Source: Eledone cirrhosa
Taxonomy: Eukaryota
Assembly: GCA_964016885.1 (NCBI GenBank)
Contig: OZ024746.1
Coordinates: 2,976,001 to 3,040,000 of the forward strand
Direction of reading: 5' to 3'
Length of the DNA: 64,000 bases
The translations under genes and the position numbers were made by a program. Position 1 is the stretch's first letter; each line of letters starts with the position of its first letter. Below, one piece after another: positions 25,001 to 38,172 of the stretch. The notes under the pieces were generated by a model, which was given only the letters and a program-made list of their open reading frames with translations, did not search any database and had not been told where the DNA came from.

Positions 25001-28000
25001 ATAAGACACCTCTTACCAGAGGCTAACAATTGTCACGGGTCTAGAGGAAGATATAAGACTTGGCTAAATAAGACACCTCTTACCAGAGGCTAACAACTGT
25101 CACAGGTGTAGAGGAAGATATAAGACTTGGCTAAATAAGACACCTCTTACCAGAGGCTAACAACTGTCACACGTACAGAGGAAGATATAAGACTTGGCTA
25201 AGATAAGACACCTCTTACCAGAGGCTAACAACTGTCACAGGTGTAGAGGAAGATATAAGACTTGGCTAAGATAAGACACCTCTTACCAGAGGCTAACAAC
25301 TGTCACAGGTGTAGAGGAAGATATAAGACTTGGCTAAATAAGACACCTCTTACCAGAGGCTAACAACTGTCACAGGTACAGAGGAAGATATAAGACTTGG
25401 CTAAGATAAGACACCTCTTACCAGAGGCTAACAACTGTCACACGTACAGAGGAAGATATAAGACTTGGCTAAGATACGACACCTCTTACCAGAGGCTAAC
25501 AACTGTCACAGGTGTAGAGGAAGATATAAGACTTGGCTAAGATAAGACACCTCTTACCAGAGGCTAACAATTGTCACAGGTATAGAGGAAGATATAAGAC
25601 TTGGCTAAGATAAGACACCTCTTACCAGAGGCTAACAACTGTCACAGGTGTAGAGGAAGATATAAGACTTGGCTAAGATAAGACACCTCTTACCAGAGGC
25701 TAACAACTGTCACAAGTGTAGAGGAAGATATAAGACTTGGCTAAGATAAGACACCTCTTACCAGAGGCTAACAATTGTCACGGGTCTAGAGGAAGATATA
25801 AGACTTGGCTAAATAAGACACCTCTTACCAGAGGCTAACAACTGTCACAGGTGTAGAGGAAGATATAAGACTTGGCTAAATAAGACACCTCTTACCAGAG
25901 GCTAACAACTGTCACACGTACAGAGGAAGATATAAGACTTGGCTAAGATAAGACACCTCTTACCAGAGGCTAACAACTGTCACAGGTGTAGAGGAAGATA
26001 TAAGACTTGGCTAAGATAAGACACCTCTTACCAGAGGCTAACAACTGTCACAGGTGTAGAGGAAGATATAAGACTTGGCTAAATAAGACACCTCTTACCA
26101 GAGGCTAACAACTGTCACAGGTACAGAGGAAGATATAAGACTTGGCTAAGATAAGACACCTCTTACCAGAGGCTAACAACTGTCACACGTACAGAGGAAG
26201 ATATAAGACTTGGCTAAGATAAGACACCTCTTACCAGAGGCTAACAACTGTCACAGGTGTAGAGGAAGATATAAGACTTGGCTAAGATAAGACACCTCTT
26301 ACCAGAGGCTAACAATTGTCACAGGTATAGAGGAAGATATAAGACTTGGCTAAGATAAGACACCTCTTACCAGAGGCTAACAACTGTCACAGGTGTAGAG
26401 GAAGATATAAGACTTGGCTAAGATAAGACACCTCTTACCAGAGGCTAACAATTGTCACAGGTATAGAGGAAGATATAAGACTTGGCTAAGATAAGACACC
26501 TCTTACCAGAGGCTAACAATTGTCACAGGTATAGAGGGAGATATAACACTTGGCTAAGATAAGACACCTCTTACCAGAAGCTAACAATTGTCACAAGTAC
26601 AGAGGAAGATATAAGACTTGGCTAAGATAAGACACCTCTTACCAGAGGCTAACAATTGTCACCAGTATAGAGGGAGATATAACACTTGGCTAAGATAAGA
26701 CACCTCTTACCAGAAGCTAACAATTGTCACAGGTGTAGAGGAAGATATAAGACTTGGCTAAGATAAGACACCTCTTACTAGAGGCTAACAATTGTCACAG
26801 GTGTAGAGGGAGATATAAGACTTGGCTAAGATAAGACACCTCTTACCAGAAGCTAACAATTGTCACAGGTGTAGAGGGAGATATAAAACTTGGCTAAGAT
26901 AAGACACCTCTTACCAGAGGCTAACAATTGTCACAGGTATAGAGGAAGATATAAGACTTGGCTAAGATAAGACACCTCTTACCAGAGGCTAACAATTGTC
27001 ACAGGTATAGAGGAAGATATAAGACTTGGCTAAGATAAGACACCTCTTACCAGAGGCTAACAATTGTCACAGGTATAGAGGGAGATATAACACTTGGCTA
27101 AGATAAGACACCTCTTACTAGAGGCTAACAACTGTCACAAGTACAGAGGAAGATATAAGACTTGGCTAAGATAAGACACCTCTTACCAGAGGCTAACAAT
27201 TGTCACCAGTATAGAGGGAGATATAACACTTGGCTAAGATAAGACACCTCTTACCAGAAGCTAACAATTGTCACAGGTGTAGAGGAAGATATAAGACTTG
27301 GCTAAGATAAGACACCTCTTACTAGAGGCTAACAATTGTCACAGGTGTAGAGGGAGATATAAGACTTGGCTAAGATAAGACACCTCTTACCAAAGGCTAA
27401 CAACTGTCACAGGTGTAGAGGAAGATATAAGACTTGGCTATGATAAGACACCTCTTACCAGAAGCTAACAATTGTCACAGGTGTAGAGGGAGATATAAAA
27501 CTTGGCTAAGATAAGACACCTCTTACCAGAGGCTAACAATTGTCACAGGTATAGAGGAAGATATAAGACTTGGCTAAGATAAGACACCTCTTACCAGAGG
27601 CTAACAATTGTCACAGGTATAGAGGAAGATATAAGACTTGGCTAAGATAAGACACCTCTTACCAGAGGCTAACAATTGTCACAGGTATAGAGGGAGATAT
27701 AACACTTGGCTAAGATAAGACACCTCTTACTAGAGGCTAACAACTGTCACACGTACAGAGGAAGATATAAGACTTGGCTAAGATAAGACACCTCTTACCA
27801 GAGGCTAACAACTGTCACAAGTACAGAGGAAGATATAAGACTTGGTTAAGATAAGACACCTCTTACCAGAGGCTAACAACTGTCACACGTACAGAGGAAG
27901 ATATAAGACTTGGCTAAGATAAGACACCTCTTACCAGAGGCTAACAACTGTCACAAGTACAGAGGGAGATATAAGACTTGGCTAAAATAAGACACCTCTT

Positions 28001-28195
28001 ACCAGAGGCTAACAATTGTCACAGATGTAGAGGGAGATATAAGACTTGGCTAAGATAAGACACCTCTTACCAGAGGCTAACAATTGTCACAGATGTAGAG
28101 GGAGATATAACACTTGGCTAAGATAAGACACCTCTTACCAGAGGCTAACAATTGTCACAGGTGTAGAGGGAGATATAACACTTGGCTAAGATGAG
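22024..28195. repeat. 68-bp tandem satellite/minisatellite, about 90 copies
   Basis: Unit CCTCTTACCAGAGGCTAACAATTGTCACAGGTATAGAGGAAGATATAAGACTTGGCTAAGATAAGACA; 67-bp deletion variants in the centre. Confidence 0.95.
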
Positions 28196-28267
28196 ACAGT
28201 AATGTTTTTTAGATCTCAACTTTAAAACTTTCTCTTTATCTTCCTTTTTGTTGCTTATAACTTTACA

Positions 28268-28957
28268 TACTGTTGATCCCAAATAATAGGGGAGAGATAA
28301 GTGTGCGGGTTGTGTGTGGAATAGTGGGGTGTTGAAATAAGCAGAGTTGGAATAAGTGGGAGGTGGGGTGGTGGTGGAATAAGTGGGGCGTGGAATAAGC
28401 CTGGCGTGGGGTGAAATAAGAAGAGGTGGGGGTGGAAAACCAGTAATTTTCCTAGGTTGTCTTTGTTGATTTTTTTTAAAAACCAGAATTAATCGTTTAG
28501 TTTACATATTGAGACCCCAAACCATCTTATTTATTTTATGACATATGGGATTTCTAGTAATGAACTTTTTTGTCTTGTATAATGGTTTTTAACCCTTTAG
28601 CATTTAAACCGGCCATATCTGGTCAGAATTCTCCCACCTCTTTCTGTTCAAACAAACCATAACTAACCACTCATACTGATGTTAAGGTATTGTTCTCAAA
28701 ATAAATGATATCAAAATCTTGTAGATTCGATATTATGTGAGATAATTATGTGAGGTAAAGCTTTACTGTGAAAATACATTAGTAAATATAGGGTAATGTA
28801 AATACTAAAGGGTTAATGTTTAAAGAAAATTGTCGCAAGAGTGTTACCACTTAAAATAAAATTTTGCCAGAGATAGATTAGCAAAATTTAATTAGCGGGG
28901 AGGTAGGAGGGAATACATCTGAAAAATGAATAAGCAATTTTTTGAGATCAGAGAGTA
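28268..28957 (-). mobile_element. Copy of the 4950-5305 MITE interrupted by a TTAA MITE
   Basis: Reverse-complement similarity on both sides of the 28593-28812 insert. Confidence 0.65.
28593..28812 (-). mobile_element. TTAA (piggyBac-type) MITE
   Basis: TTAA|CCCTTTAGCATTTA...TACTAAAGGG|TTAA; reverse copy of 5401-5621. Confidence 0.85.
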
Positions 28958-29099
28958 ACTGTCTGTCACAAAATCCTATTCCCTCTCCCCACTAAAAAGT
29001 AGCTACTGTGTAATAGCTAATATTTTACCATAAGCTATATTCATGGTTCAAATTTCCCCAAAAGAACTGTATTTTCTGTAAAGTGGTCATGAAAGTGTC

Positions 29100-29320
29100 A
29101 CAGTAAAAAGCACTAAGTTCACACAGTAAATATGGTTGGTGTTAAGAAGGGCACTCAGCTGTAGAAACCAAGCCCAAATCGATTCTGAATGAGCAAGGCA
29201 CGGTCATCCAACCTAGCATGTCTTACAACAGGACAACTTGTCTAACTCATGCAAGCGTGGAAAATGGTCATTAAACAATGATGATGGTGATGATGATGGT
29301 GATGGTGGTGGTGGTGGTTC
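29100..29320 (+). mobile_element. RTE 3' UTR fragment with (GAT/GGT)n tail
   Basis: GGTTGGTGTTAAGAAGGGCA...CATGCAAGCGTGGAAAATGG. Confidence 0.65.
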
Positions 29321-30032
29321 TCCTCAAAAGACAAGAGGATCATGACTAGAATAGGTTTCTTTATAAGTCTGATTAGTGTTGACCTGGTAGACAGCAATAT
29401 AAACAGGAGTCATCTGTACTGTGTCAAGAGAAGGCAGACTTATCATCATCATTTAACATCTCTTTCTCTGCTAGACTACACTTCTATAAATAGAACAAAT
29501 GAAACAGTGTCTATTTGGAAATATTGGAATATTTGAACAATTTCTTCTTTATGACTTAGAAAATTAGAAAAGCCCCCCCCCCCCCCCGACCTTTTTAAGG
29601 GCCACTAAGAATAGAAGATTGCTATCTGAACACATTAATATTTACATAAATAAAGTACCAGTAATACACTGGGGTAATTGCTGGCCTTGTGCCAAAAGAA
29701 GAAACAATAAATATTTACATAATAGCTATAAATCCTGTTACCACTTCAATTCCCTGTCCAATGATACACTACATTCTTCTACATTATCTGTAACAAGCCT
29801 CTATGTGGTCACTTAACTTGCCAGAAATAGCAGCTAAATCTCTTTTAAACCCCCTCATGCTATAAACGAAAAAGGAAGGACACATTTAATAATACCCTAA
29901 GTACACTATGTATGACCCCCCCCCCCCCCCCGACTAACTGATCACAGCTGGAATGTCTTTGATGATAGTTTTCCTCATTCATCATTGACCTTGACCTAAT
30001 GTACAATGAGGCAATATGACACTTAATACACA

Positions 30033-30063
<31 letters not shown>

Positions 30064-30068
30064 ACACA

Positions 30069-30108
<40 letters not shown>

Positions 30109-30235
30109 CTATCTCTCTCTCTCTCCCCAGTATCTCAAAGCTATCAAAACTCAATATTCTACACAACTTTTCTTTTATAAAAAACATAAAAATTGCTCAC
30201 TTGACACTCTTTATATATACAATACACACACACAC

Positions 30236-30266
<31 letters not shown>

Positions 30267-30267
<1 letters not shown>

Positions 30268-30595
30268 TCATTAAAAAAGACACCAAATACATTAATACGT
30301 TAAATTTGGGTTAACAAACGTTTCATCCCCTCCTGAGACAAAATCAGAAATTAAATACATAAACCTCGTTACAATCTCACCATAATACATTCCATCCAGC
30401 AGCCAGAGATTTGGCGTAACTTCGTATTTTTTAAAAATGTAAACAAATCTCTGGCTTCGGGGTGGAATGTATTATGGTGAGATTGTAACGAGGTTTATGT
30501 ATTAAATTTCTGATTTTGAAAAGTCCCAGAAGGGGATGAAACGTTCGTTAACCAGAATTTAACGTATTAATGTATTTGGTGTCTTTGTTAATGAA
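30267..30595. repeat. Fold-back with about 145-bp arms containing a degenerate hammerhead
   Basis: Arms about 30267-30413 and 30444-30595; right arm TTCTGATT-TTGAAAA-GTCCC.agaag.GGGAT-GAAAC-GTTC-GTT|AACCAGAA. Confidence 0.75.
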
Positions 30596-30970
30596 TAATT
30601 TGCCTCTAATGTAATTGTTGTTTTTTGCACAATATACAGACCTTTGTAAGGGAAAGTTCTCTCAGAAGGGTGTAATATGTAGCCCTTTGTTTGGCTTATT
30701 ATGATGAATTACTCTATTTTGAGCTGTGTATAAACATTTTTACCTATGGTTATAACCTCTTATATTGTTCAAGTAAAAACGATATATATCTCATATATAT
30801 ATATATTAGAATTGGCGCTCTGAAATAGCGATATATATATGAATGTATATATAGTGTATTTTGCAATACACTGTATGCTTAATTAAAAGCATTTCGAAGA
30901 CCTTATGCTATTGTTTTAGAGTAGTGACAGTCTCCCTTACTTTAAATTTTCAGCAAACAGGGGGAGATAA

Positions 30971-31015
30971 AGCTGACAGAGCTATGTTTCGTACTGATTG
31001 GTACTTATCAAAGCC
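30971..31015 (-). ncRNA. Decayed type I hammerhead at the 5' junction of the Penelope-like fragment
   Basis: Minus strand: GGCT-TTGATAA (CTGATGA with 2 transitions)-GTAC.caatca.GTAC-GAA-ACATAGCTCTGT (near-palindrome)-C|AGCT; GUC triplet. Confidence 0.6.
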
Positions 31016-31711
31016 AAGTATAAGACCCTCATAGAACTGGACATGAAAGGAATTTGCCCATTATACAGGAGCAAATCATGGAATAGCTTAGATAGGGCTA
31101 GACATAAGATAGGGAAAGCCACCTCATGGTTCAACAACCAGAGATACTAGAGTGTCATGTTTGTGGACGCTACCCCTGGAGGGAAATTAGCTAACCAGTG
31201 TAGAAAGGCCCTGAGAAAGACCCACTTAAAGATTAAGGTGGTAGAAAAGCCAGGAACCACCATAAAATACATGATCAGCAAAACCTACCCTTTTAAGAAA
31301 ACCCACTGTACTAATAGGAAATGTATTATATGTAAGGTAAACTCCCGGATAAACTGTAAAACTAGAAACGTAGTCTATAGCATAAGATGTACAGAGGGTA
31401 CTTGCAGAAACATGACAACAACATACATAGGCGAGACAGCTCGTAGCATAGGTGAAAGGATAGACCAACATTGGGGGGAACTAAAAGGATGAAAAAATGG
31501 TTCAGTACTATACGAACATGCCAGACAACAACACGACGGTAACATAGACAACATAGAAATTAGAATAATATCTAAACATAGAAATGACCCAGCAGATATG
31601 CAAATCAGAGAGGCCAGTGAAATAGAACTTAGAAGGCCAAGGCTAAACAGAAAAAATGAATGGAATAACAACAACACCCAAACAAACAACACTCACCTAA
31701 GAGAAGTATAA
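31013..31711 (+). pseudogene. 5'-truncated Penelope-like retroelement (Naiad-like): linker plus GIY-YIG endonuclease, 2 in-frame stops
   Basis: Single frame G.CPLYR...W...K..W...SVMFVDATPGGKL...C....C..C...NCKTRNVVYSIRC...C...YIGETARSIGERIDQH...REASEI...LNRKNEW; TAG at 31148 and TGA at 31490. Confidence 0.85.
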
Positions 31712-31960
31712 ATAAATAAATAAATAGATAAATAAATAAATACATACACAAGCACAATATAAACAAACACATATAAACACACTAGTAAATATAGAATACA
31801 TTAACCAATACACAGTTACCCAATCACGAACACACATCAAACAAAACACTATACACACATGCAAACGCATGCGCAAAGACAAAAAAATAAACAAATAAAT
31901 AAATATATAAATAGACTAAATAAAGATGGCGTAGAAAATACAATGCAACGGGAGGAAACA

Positions 31961-32014
31961 ATAGCACCACTGACGATGTTGCAGATGTGCAACGAAAGAA
32001 CTTTGATAAACTAT
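31961..32014 (+). ncRNA. Hammerhead motif in the 3' pseudo-LTR region of the Penelope-like element
   Basis: CTGACGA-T-GTTGCA.gatg.TGCAAC-GAAA-GAAC-TT; perfect 6-bp stem II, imperfect stem I (ATAGCACCA/TGATAAACTAT). Confidence 0.6.
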
Positions 32015-32211
32015 ATATATGTGTTTGTGTCTATATTGTATGTGTATTTTTGACCGTCGGTCAGTCAATGACAACATTGAGGACGGAATAAATTAAATTA
32101 CCGATATAAAAGACACAGAAGCGAGAAGTGAAAACCAACCAAACAGTGAGTGTGTTCTGTTATTAATTCTGGCAATATTACACAAATATGACCCTCCCCA
32201 AGTATATATAC

Positions 32212-32251
32212 ATCTATATATATATATATATAATATATATATATATTATAT

Positions 32252-32309
<58 letters not shown>

Positions 32310-32321
32310 TATATATATACA

Positions 32322-32373
<52 letters not shown>

Positions 32374-32401
32374 TATATATATATATATATGTATGTATAT
32401 A

Positions 32402-32447
<46 letters not shown>

Positions 32448-32450
32448 CAG

Positions 32451-32485
<35 letters not shown>

Positions 32486-32521
32486 GTATATATATATACA
32501 GTATATGTATATATATATACA

Positions 32522-32590
<69 letters not shown>

Positions 32591-32723
32591 ATATATATAT
32601 AAGAGAGTATTGAAGTTTGCTTGAAGCATTGTGGAACAATAAGTAAATATTTATAAGTCGTTTGGAAGCCTCGACAATGCAATGTAATATATATATATAT
32701 ACAATGTAATATATATATATACA

Positions 32724-32796
<73 letters not shown>

Positions 32797-32835
32797 TATA
32801 TATACAGTATATATATATATATACTGTATATATAC
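32212..32835. repeat. (TA)n compound microsatellite interspersed with CAG
   Basis: Direct reading. Confidence 0.9.
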
Positions 32836-33360
32836 AGGCCGAAACAAATGAGATCGTGTAGGTGTCACAACAAAAAAACACATAGTCCACGCTGTAATGT
32901 GGCCGTGTAGGTAACATGGTAAAAACCTCCCAGTCCACACTGTAAACGTGGTTGGTGTTAGGAAGGGCATCCAGCCGTAGAAAACCCGCCAGACAGTCCT
33001 ATGCGAGCAGGACAACAAATCTTGCCTCAAGTGGGAAAACTCCCATCCAAACCCATGCAAGTGTAGAACATGGACGTTAAACGATGATGATGATGATGAT
33101 GATGACATGATATATATATATATACAGTATATATCATCATCATCATCATCATCATCGTTTAACGTCCATCTTCCACGCTTGCATGGGTTTGGATGGGAAT
33201 TTTCCCACTTGAGGCAAGATTTGTTGTCCTGCTCGCATAGGACTGTCTGGCGGGTTTTCTACGGCTGGATGCCCTTCCTAACACCAACCACGTTTACAGT
33301 GTGGACTGGGAGGTTTTTACCATGTTACCTACACGGCCACATTACAGCGTGGACTGTGTG
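32836..33360. mobile_element. Tail-to-tail inverted pair of near-identical RTE 3' UTR fragments
   Basis: 32836-33106 (+) and 33133-33360 (-), both with (GAT)n tails facing a short TA spacer. Confidence 0.85.
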
Positions 33361-33361
33361 T

Positions 33362-33395
<34 letters not shown>

Positions 33396-33420
33396 CGATC
33401 GCTTTGGAAAATTACCTGTC

Positions 33421-33520
33421 CTATGAGTCTGTCTCCTGATGATTTCGAAACTCGAGATTTTATCCTTAATAGGATATCTCAAAACGCGAACGAAACCCCA
33501 GGGTAGGGACATAATCATGG
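33421..33520 (+). ncRNA. Type I hammerhead ribozyme with extended stems I and II
   Basis: TGTCTC-CTGATGA-[TTCG...GAGAT..ATCCT.taat.AGGAT.ATCTC...CGAA]-GAA-ACCC.ca.GGGT-A|GGGACA; stem I extends CTATGA/TCATGG; GUA triplet at 33503-33505. Confidence 0.8.
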
Positions 33521-33859
33521 TAAGAGTGTACGCATTTCTTCTAACTTTAAATTTATACCTAATTGTGTATGGTTGACGTTATATTTAGTTGATTTCTACA
33601 TGCCGTTGAAATGTTGGGTAAATATTCAATTGTGGTCAACCGTGAAGAGGCTGCTTTCGGTTATTTATAAAATATTTCTCCATAGGAGCCTTTATTCTTA
33701 TAGCCTGGTCTAATTGATTTTTTATGTGGTTAATTATGCTAATTGGGAGAGGAAATGGTGTATATATTTTATATATTGCTCTGATTATTTAATTTATTAA
33801 TTCTTCATTGAGCCACATCGTGAATGGTTGCCACATATATATCTGTGACTTTGTTTAGT

Positions 33860-33902
<43 letters not shown>

Positions 33903-33904
33903 CT

Positions 33905-34768
33905 ATTAGCCGCTAGAGGGTTCTCCCTAAAAATGAAAGGCAGGTTATACGATGCCTGCATACGAACAGCAATGCTGCATGGCAGTGAGACCTGGGCATT
34001 GTGTGCAGAGGATATACGCAGACTAGAGAGGAACGAAGCTTGCATGCTCCGCTGGATGTGCAATAGTAATATACGTGAACGGCAAAGCATAAACGAACTA
34101 AGGAAAAAATTAGAAATAAGAGGGATCAGATGTTGTTTACTCGAGAGAAGGCTACGTTGGTACGGTCACGTGATGCGCATGAAAGACGACAGCTGTATAA
34201 CAAAGTGCAGGGCAATAAAGATAGACGGTAGCCACGGAGTAGGCAGACCCAGAAAAACATGGGACGAGCTGATAAATTCCGACCTCACACGCTTACACCT
34301 CTCCAAGACAATGTCACTGGACCGAGACCTTTGGCGGTACTCAGTAATAGAGAAGACCCGCCTTACCTAAATACAAAGTAAAAACCTACTACAGTCAGTA
34401 GGCATCTCTATCAAAACACACCCCCGTCCCACCACCTCCACCCCATCCACACCGCCCCTTTCAATGTAAAGTTATGTTGGTCCCACAACATCCAGGCCGA
34501 AACAAATGAGATCGTGTAGGTGTCACGACAAAAAAACACACAGTCCACGCTGTAAATGTGGCCGTGTAGGCAACACGGTAAAAACCTCCCAGCCCCACAC
34601 TGTAAATGTGGTTGGTGTTAGGAAGGGCATCCAACTGTAGAAAACCCGCCAGACAGTCCTATGCGAGCAAGACAACCACTCTTGCCTCAAGTGGGAAAAC
34701 CCCCGTCCAAACCCATGCAAGCGTGGAACACGGACGCTAAACCTGATGATGATGATGATGATGATGAT
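33905..34768 (+). mobile_element. Young 5'-truncated RTE LINE (open C-terminal ORF, 3' UTR, (GAT)n tail)
   Basis: Uninterrupted ...GFSLKMKGRLYDACIRTAMLHGSETW...RRLRWYGHVMRM...GRPRKTW...DRDLWR..VIEKTRLT*. Confidence 0.9.
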
Positions 34769-34790
34769 ATATATATATATATATATAAAT

Positions 34791-36007
<1,217 letters not shown>

Positions 36008-36384
36008 TATAAAGAAAAAGGGATGAAATCGAAAATGCAACTGAAGTCTTATTTTTAAAAAAAATATATATGTTTATTTGGTTCCTTTACCGGTTTCGCA
36101 GTTCTTCTGCTTTTCAAAAGGTGAGTTGAGATGGAGGGTCTGTGGTTTTTCTCACATCTGGTTGGTCTCTAAATGTTACTTGTTTTATATGGAAAAACTG
36201 GCTCGAAAACCAGGTTTTTCGAGAAGTAATTTGATTGGTTTGTCAATAATTATAATAAATTTCGCGCCAGTTCGCGTTACAATAGTTCTTCAAATAAGAG
36301 AGGGGGGGGGGGGGGGGTTGTCACAGGTTGTTTTTTCATATATGAGTGTTTGAATTTCTTTTTACTTGAATATATATATATTGT

Positions 36385-36720
36385 GGAGGCACATGGGTTA
36401 GTGGTTAGAGCATTGGCCTTGCAATTGAAAGGTTGTGAGTTCAATTATCAGACTGGGTGATGTGTTGTTTCCTTGAGCAAGACACTTTATTTCACATTGC
36501 TCCAGTTTACTCAGCTGTAGAAATGAGATGACCACTTTGCAGTGGGGTCCCTATCATTCCTCTGCAAAGTGGTTGTGGAGGTGCCACGGCAAAAAAGCAC
36601 CCAGCACTCACTGTAAATGAGGTTGGTGTTAGGAAGGGCATCCAGCTGTAGAAATCAAGCCAGAATCAGTTCCCGTCCCACCCTTGTAAGCAGGGAAAAG
36701 CAGATGTAAAATGAAATGAT
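36385..36720 (+). mobile_element. Family B SINE fused to an RTE 3' UTR-derived tail
   Basis: tRNA head GGCACATGGGTTAGTGGTTAGAGC...CTTGAGCAAG, then GGTTGGTGTTAGGAAGGGCATCCAGC...GATGAT. Confidence 0.7.
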
Positions 36721-36912
36721 GATTGTATCTATATATATAAAGATAGAGAGAGAATTTTCGCTCTGACATAGCTGTATACATGTAAGTATGAGAATTTTGT
36801 ATATTTAATGATTTACAGTATGTTTATGAATAAACATTTGGAAATCAGTTTGGCTATGAATATTAAAAAGCTGACAGCTAGCGCCATCTACCAGATTCCA
36901 GCAGGAGCAGCA

Positions 36913-36969
36913 GGGGATAACTGCCAATGTGTTTCTGGCTTAGGCTGTCATCAGGACAGTGCTTCCCCC
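36913..36969 (-). ncRNA. CpG-decayed (fossil) type I hammerhead
   Basis: Minus strand: GGGGA.agc.ACTGTC-CTGATGA-CAGC.ctaa.GCCA-GAA-ACACAT-T|GGCAGT.ta.TCCCC; restoring four CA to CG gives stem II CGGC/GCCG and palindromic ACGCGT stem III. Confidence 0.7.
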
Positions 36970-38091
36970 ACCCTGCTTTCTCATGTTATTTGAAATACAC
37001 ACATACACCTATATATATACATACAAAATTTCCTTATAACTGCTAACGTCTATATATTTTTTTAAATTTAAACAAACTCTTCATATTTTTTAGAATAAAG
37101 AAACTTGGAAATATAATATTTCCATACATACATATATACATATACATACAACATACATACAAACATATATATATATATATAATTTTACTTATTATTTATT
37201 CACTATTACTTTGTTTTTCAAGAAATCAAAATGAAAACATAATTTCAACCTTCAATTATTGAAGAAGAAAAGACAAAAAAAGACAAAAAAAAAGACAAAC
37301 AAAAAATATATAAATGAAATTTAATTCTCAGTCAAACAATTCCTACTTAATTCCAAATTAACAGCAATTGAAATAGAAATCAATCAGAAATTACAAAAGT
37401 CATCAAGTTAAAATATTGAAGAAATGGTAATTTAATTAAAAATAAAACATTCTTTATGGAATGTTGTTGTAACAACTGTAACTTACAAACACTGATCATG
37501 ATCACTAATTAGTTTGTATTATATTCTATGATTGAGCCTGGACATTGCTGTGATTTTAATTAACAATTGATTAATATCGATATTAACAATACATAGATGG
37601 TATGAGAAATTTATTTTTAATTTTTCTGTTAATTTTTCCACTAGATACTTCAAGACATAAAAAAATATCGCATTGTGTGATACATATTTTTAAAACAGCA
37701 CCACACCAAAAAGCACACAGTCCACTCTGTATAGTGGTTGTGGTTGTAGCAGGATAAAAGCTCCCAGTCTACACTGTAAAGTGGTTGTACTGGAGCCATG
37801 ACAGAAGGCATCCAGTCCAACCTGTAAGATGGTCATTTTGGTGGCATGACAAAAGCACCCAGTCACTTTATACATTATATGTAAGTTTACTTCACCACAA
37901 AGTAGCATTTTAATTGAATGATATTTAATGCCTCTCCTGACATTTTCTCATTATTGAACGTACATCATATGTAATAAAATCTTCAAAATTACAAAGAACA
38001 CTGAAGCTAAAGTTGAATGAAAATGTAAATTTTATTTACATAGATTTTCAGTTATTTGTATTTGATGCAATGTTTATTTTTTATTTTGCAG

Positions 38092-38172
38092 ATCTCCAGA
38101 AAGGCAGCACCGAAGGCCTGTTGTGCTATTCCTGTAACAGAGTAATGGAGAATTTGGGATAGCTCTTTGCAG
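38092..38172 (+). other. Candidate 81-nt exon (non-coding or terminal)
   Basis: TTTTATTTTGCAG acceptor and CAG|GTTAAG donor, GC-richer than flanks; stop codons in all three frames. Confidence 0.25.

Noticed and set aside
22024-28195. CRISPR-like array (constant part plus variable part)
   Set aside because: The variable segments are point variants of one sequence, not unique spacers; no cas genes; eukaryotic context
31490-31492. In-frame TGA as selenocysteine (some Naiad elements are reported to encode selenoproteins)
   Set aside because: Not at an evident conserved Cys position, a TAG also interrupts the frame at 31148, no SECIS recognised; CGA-to-TGA decay is simpler
32098-33108. 336-aa Tyr/Ile-rich ORF and similar YI ORFs
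   Set aside because: Translations of (TA)n microsatellites
36808-38172. CTU2-like C-terminal exons (LCYSC motif at about 38120)
   Set aside because: Only a 5-residue resemblance; the upstream candidate is better explained as an antisense fossil hammerhead and no other exons were found
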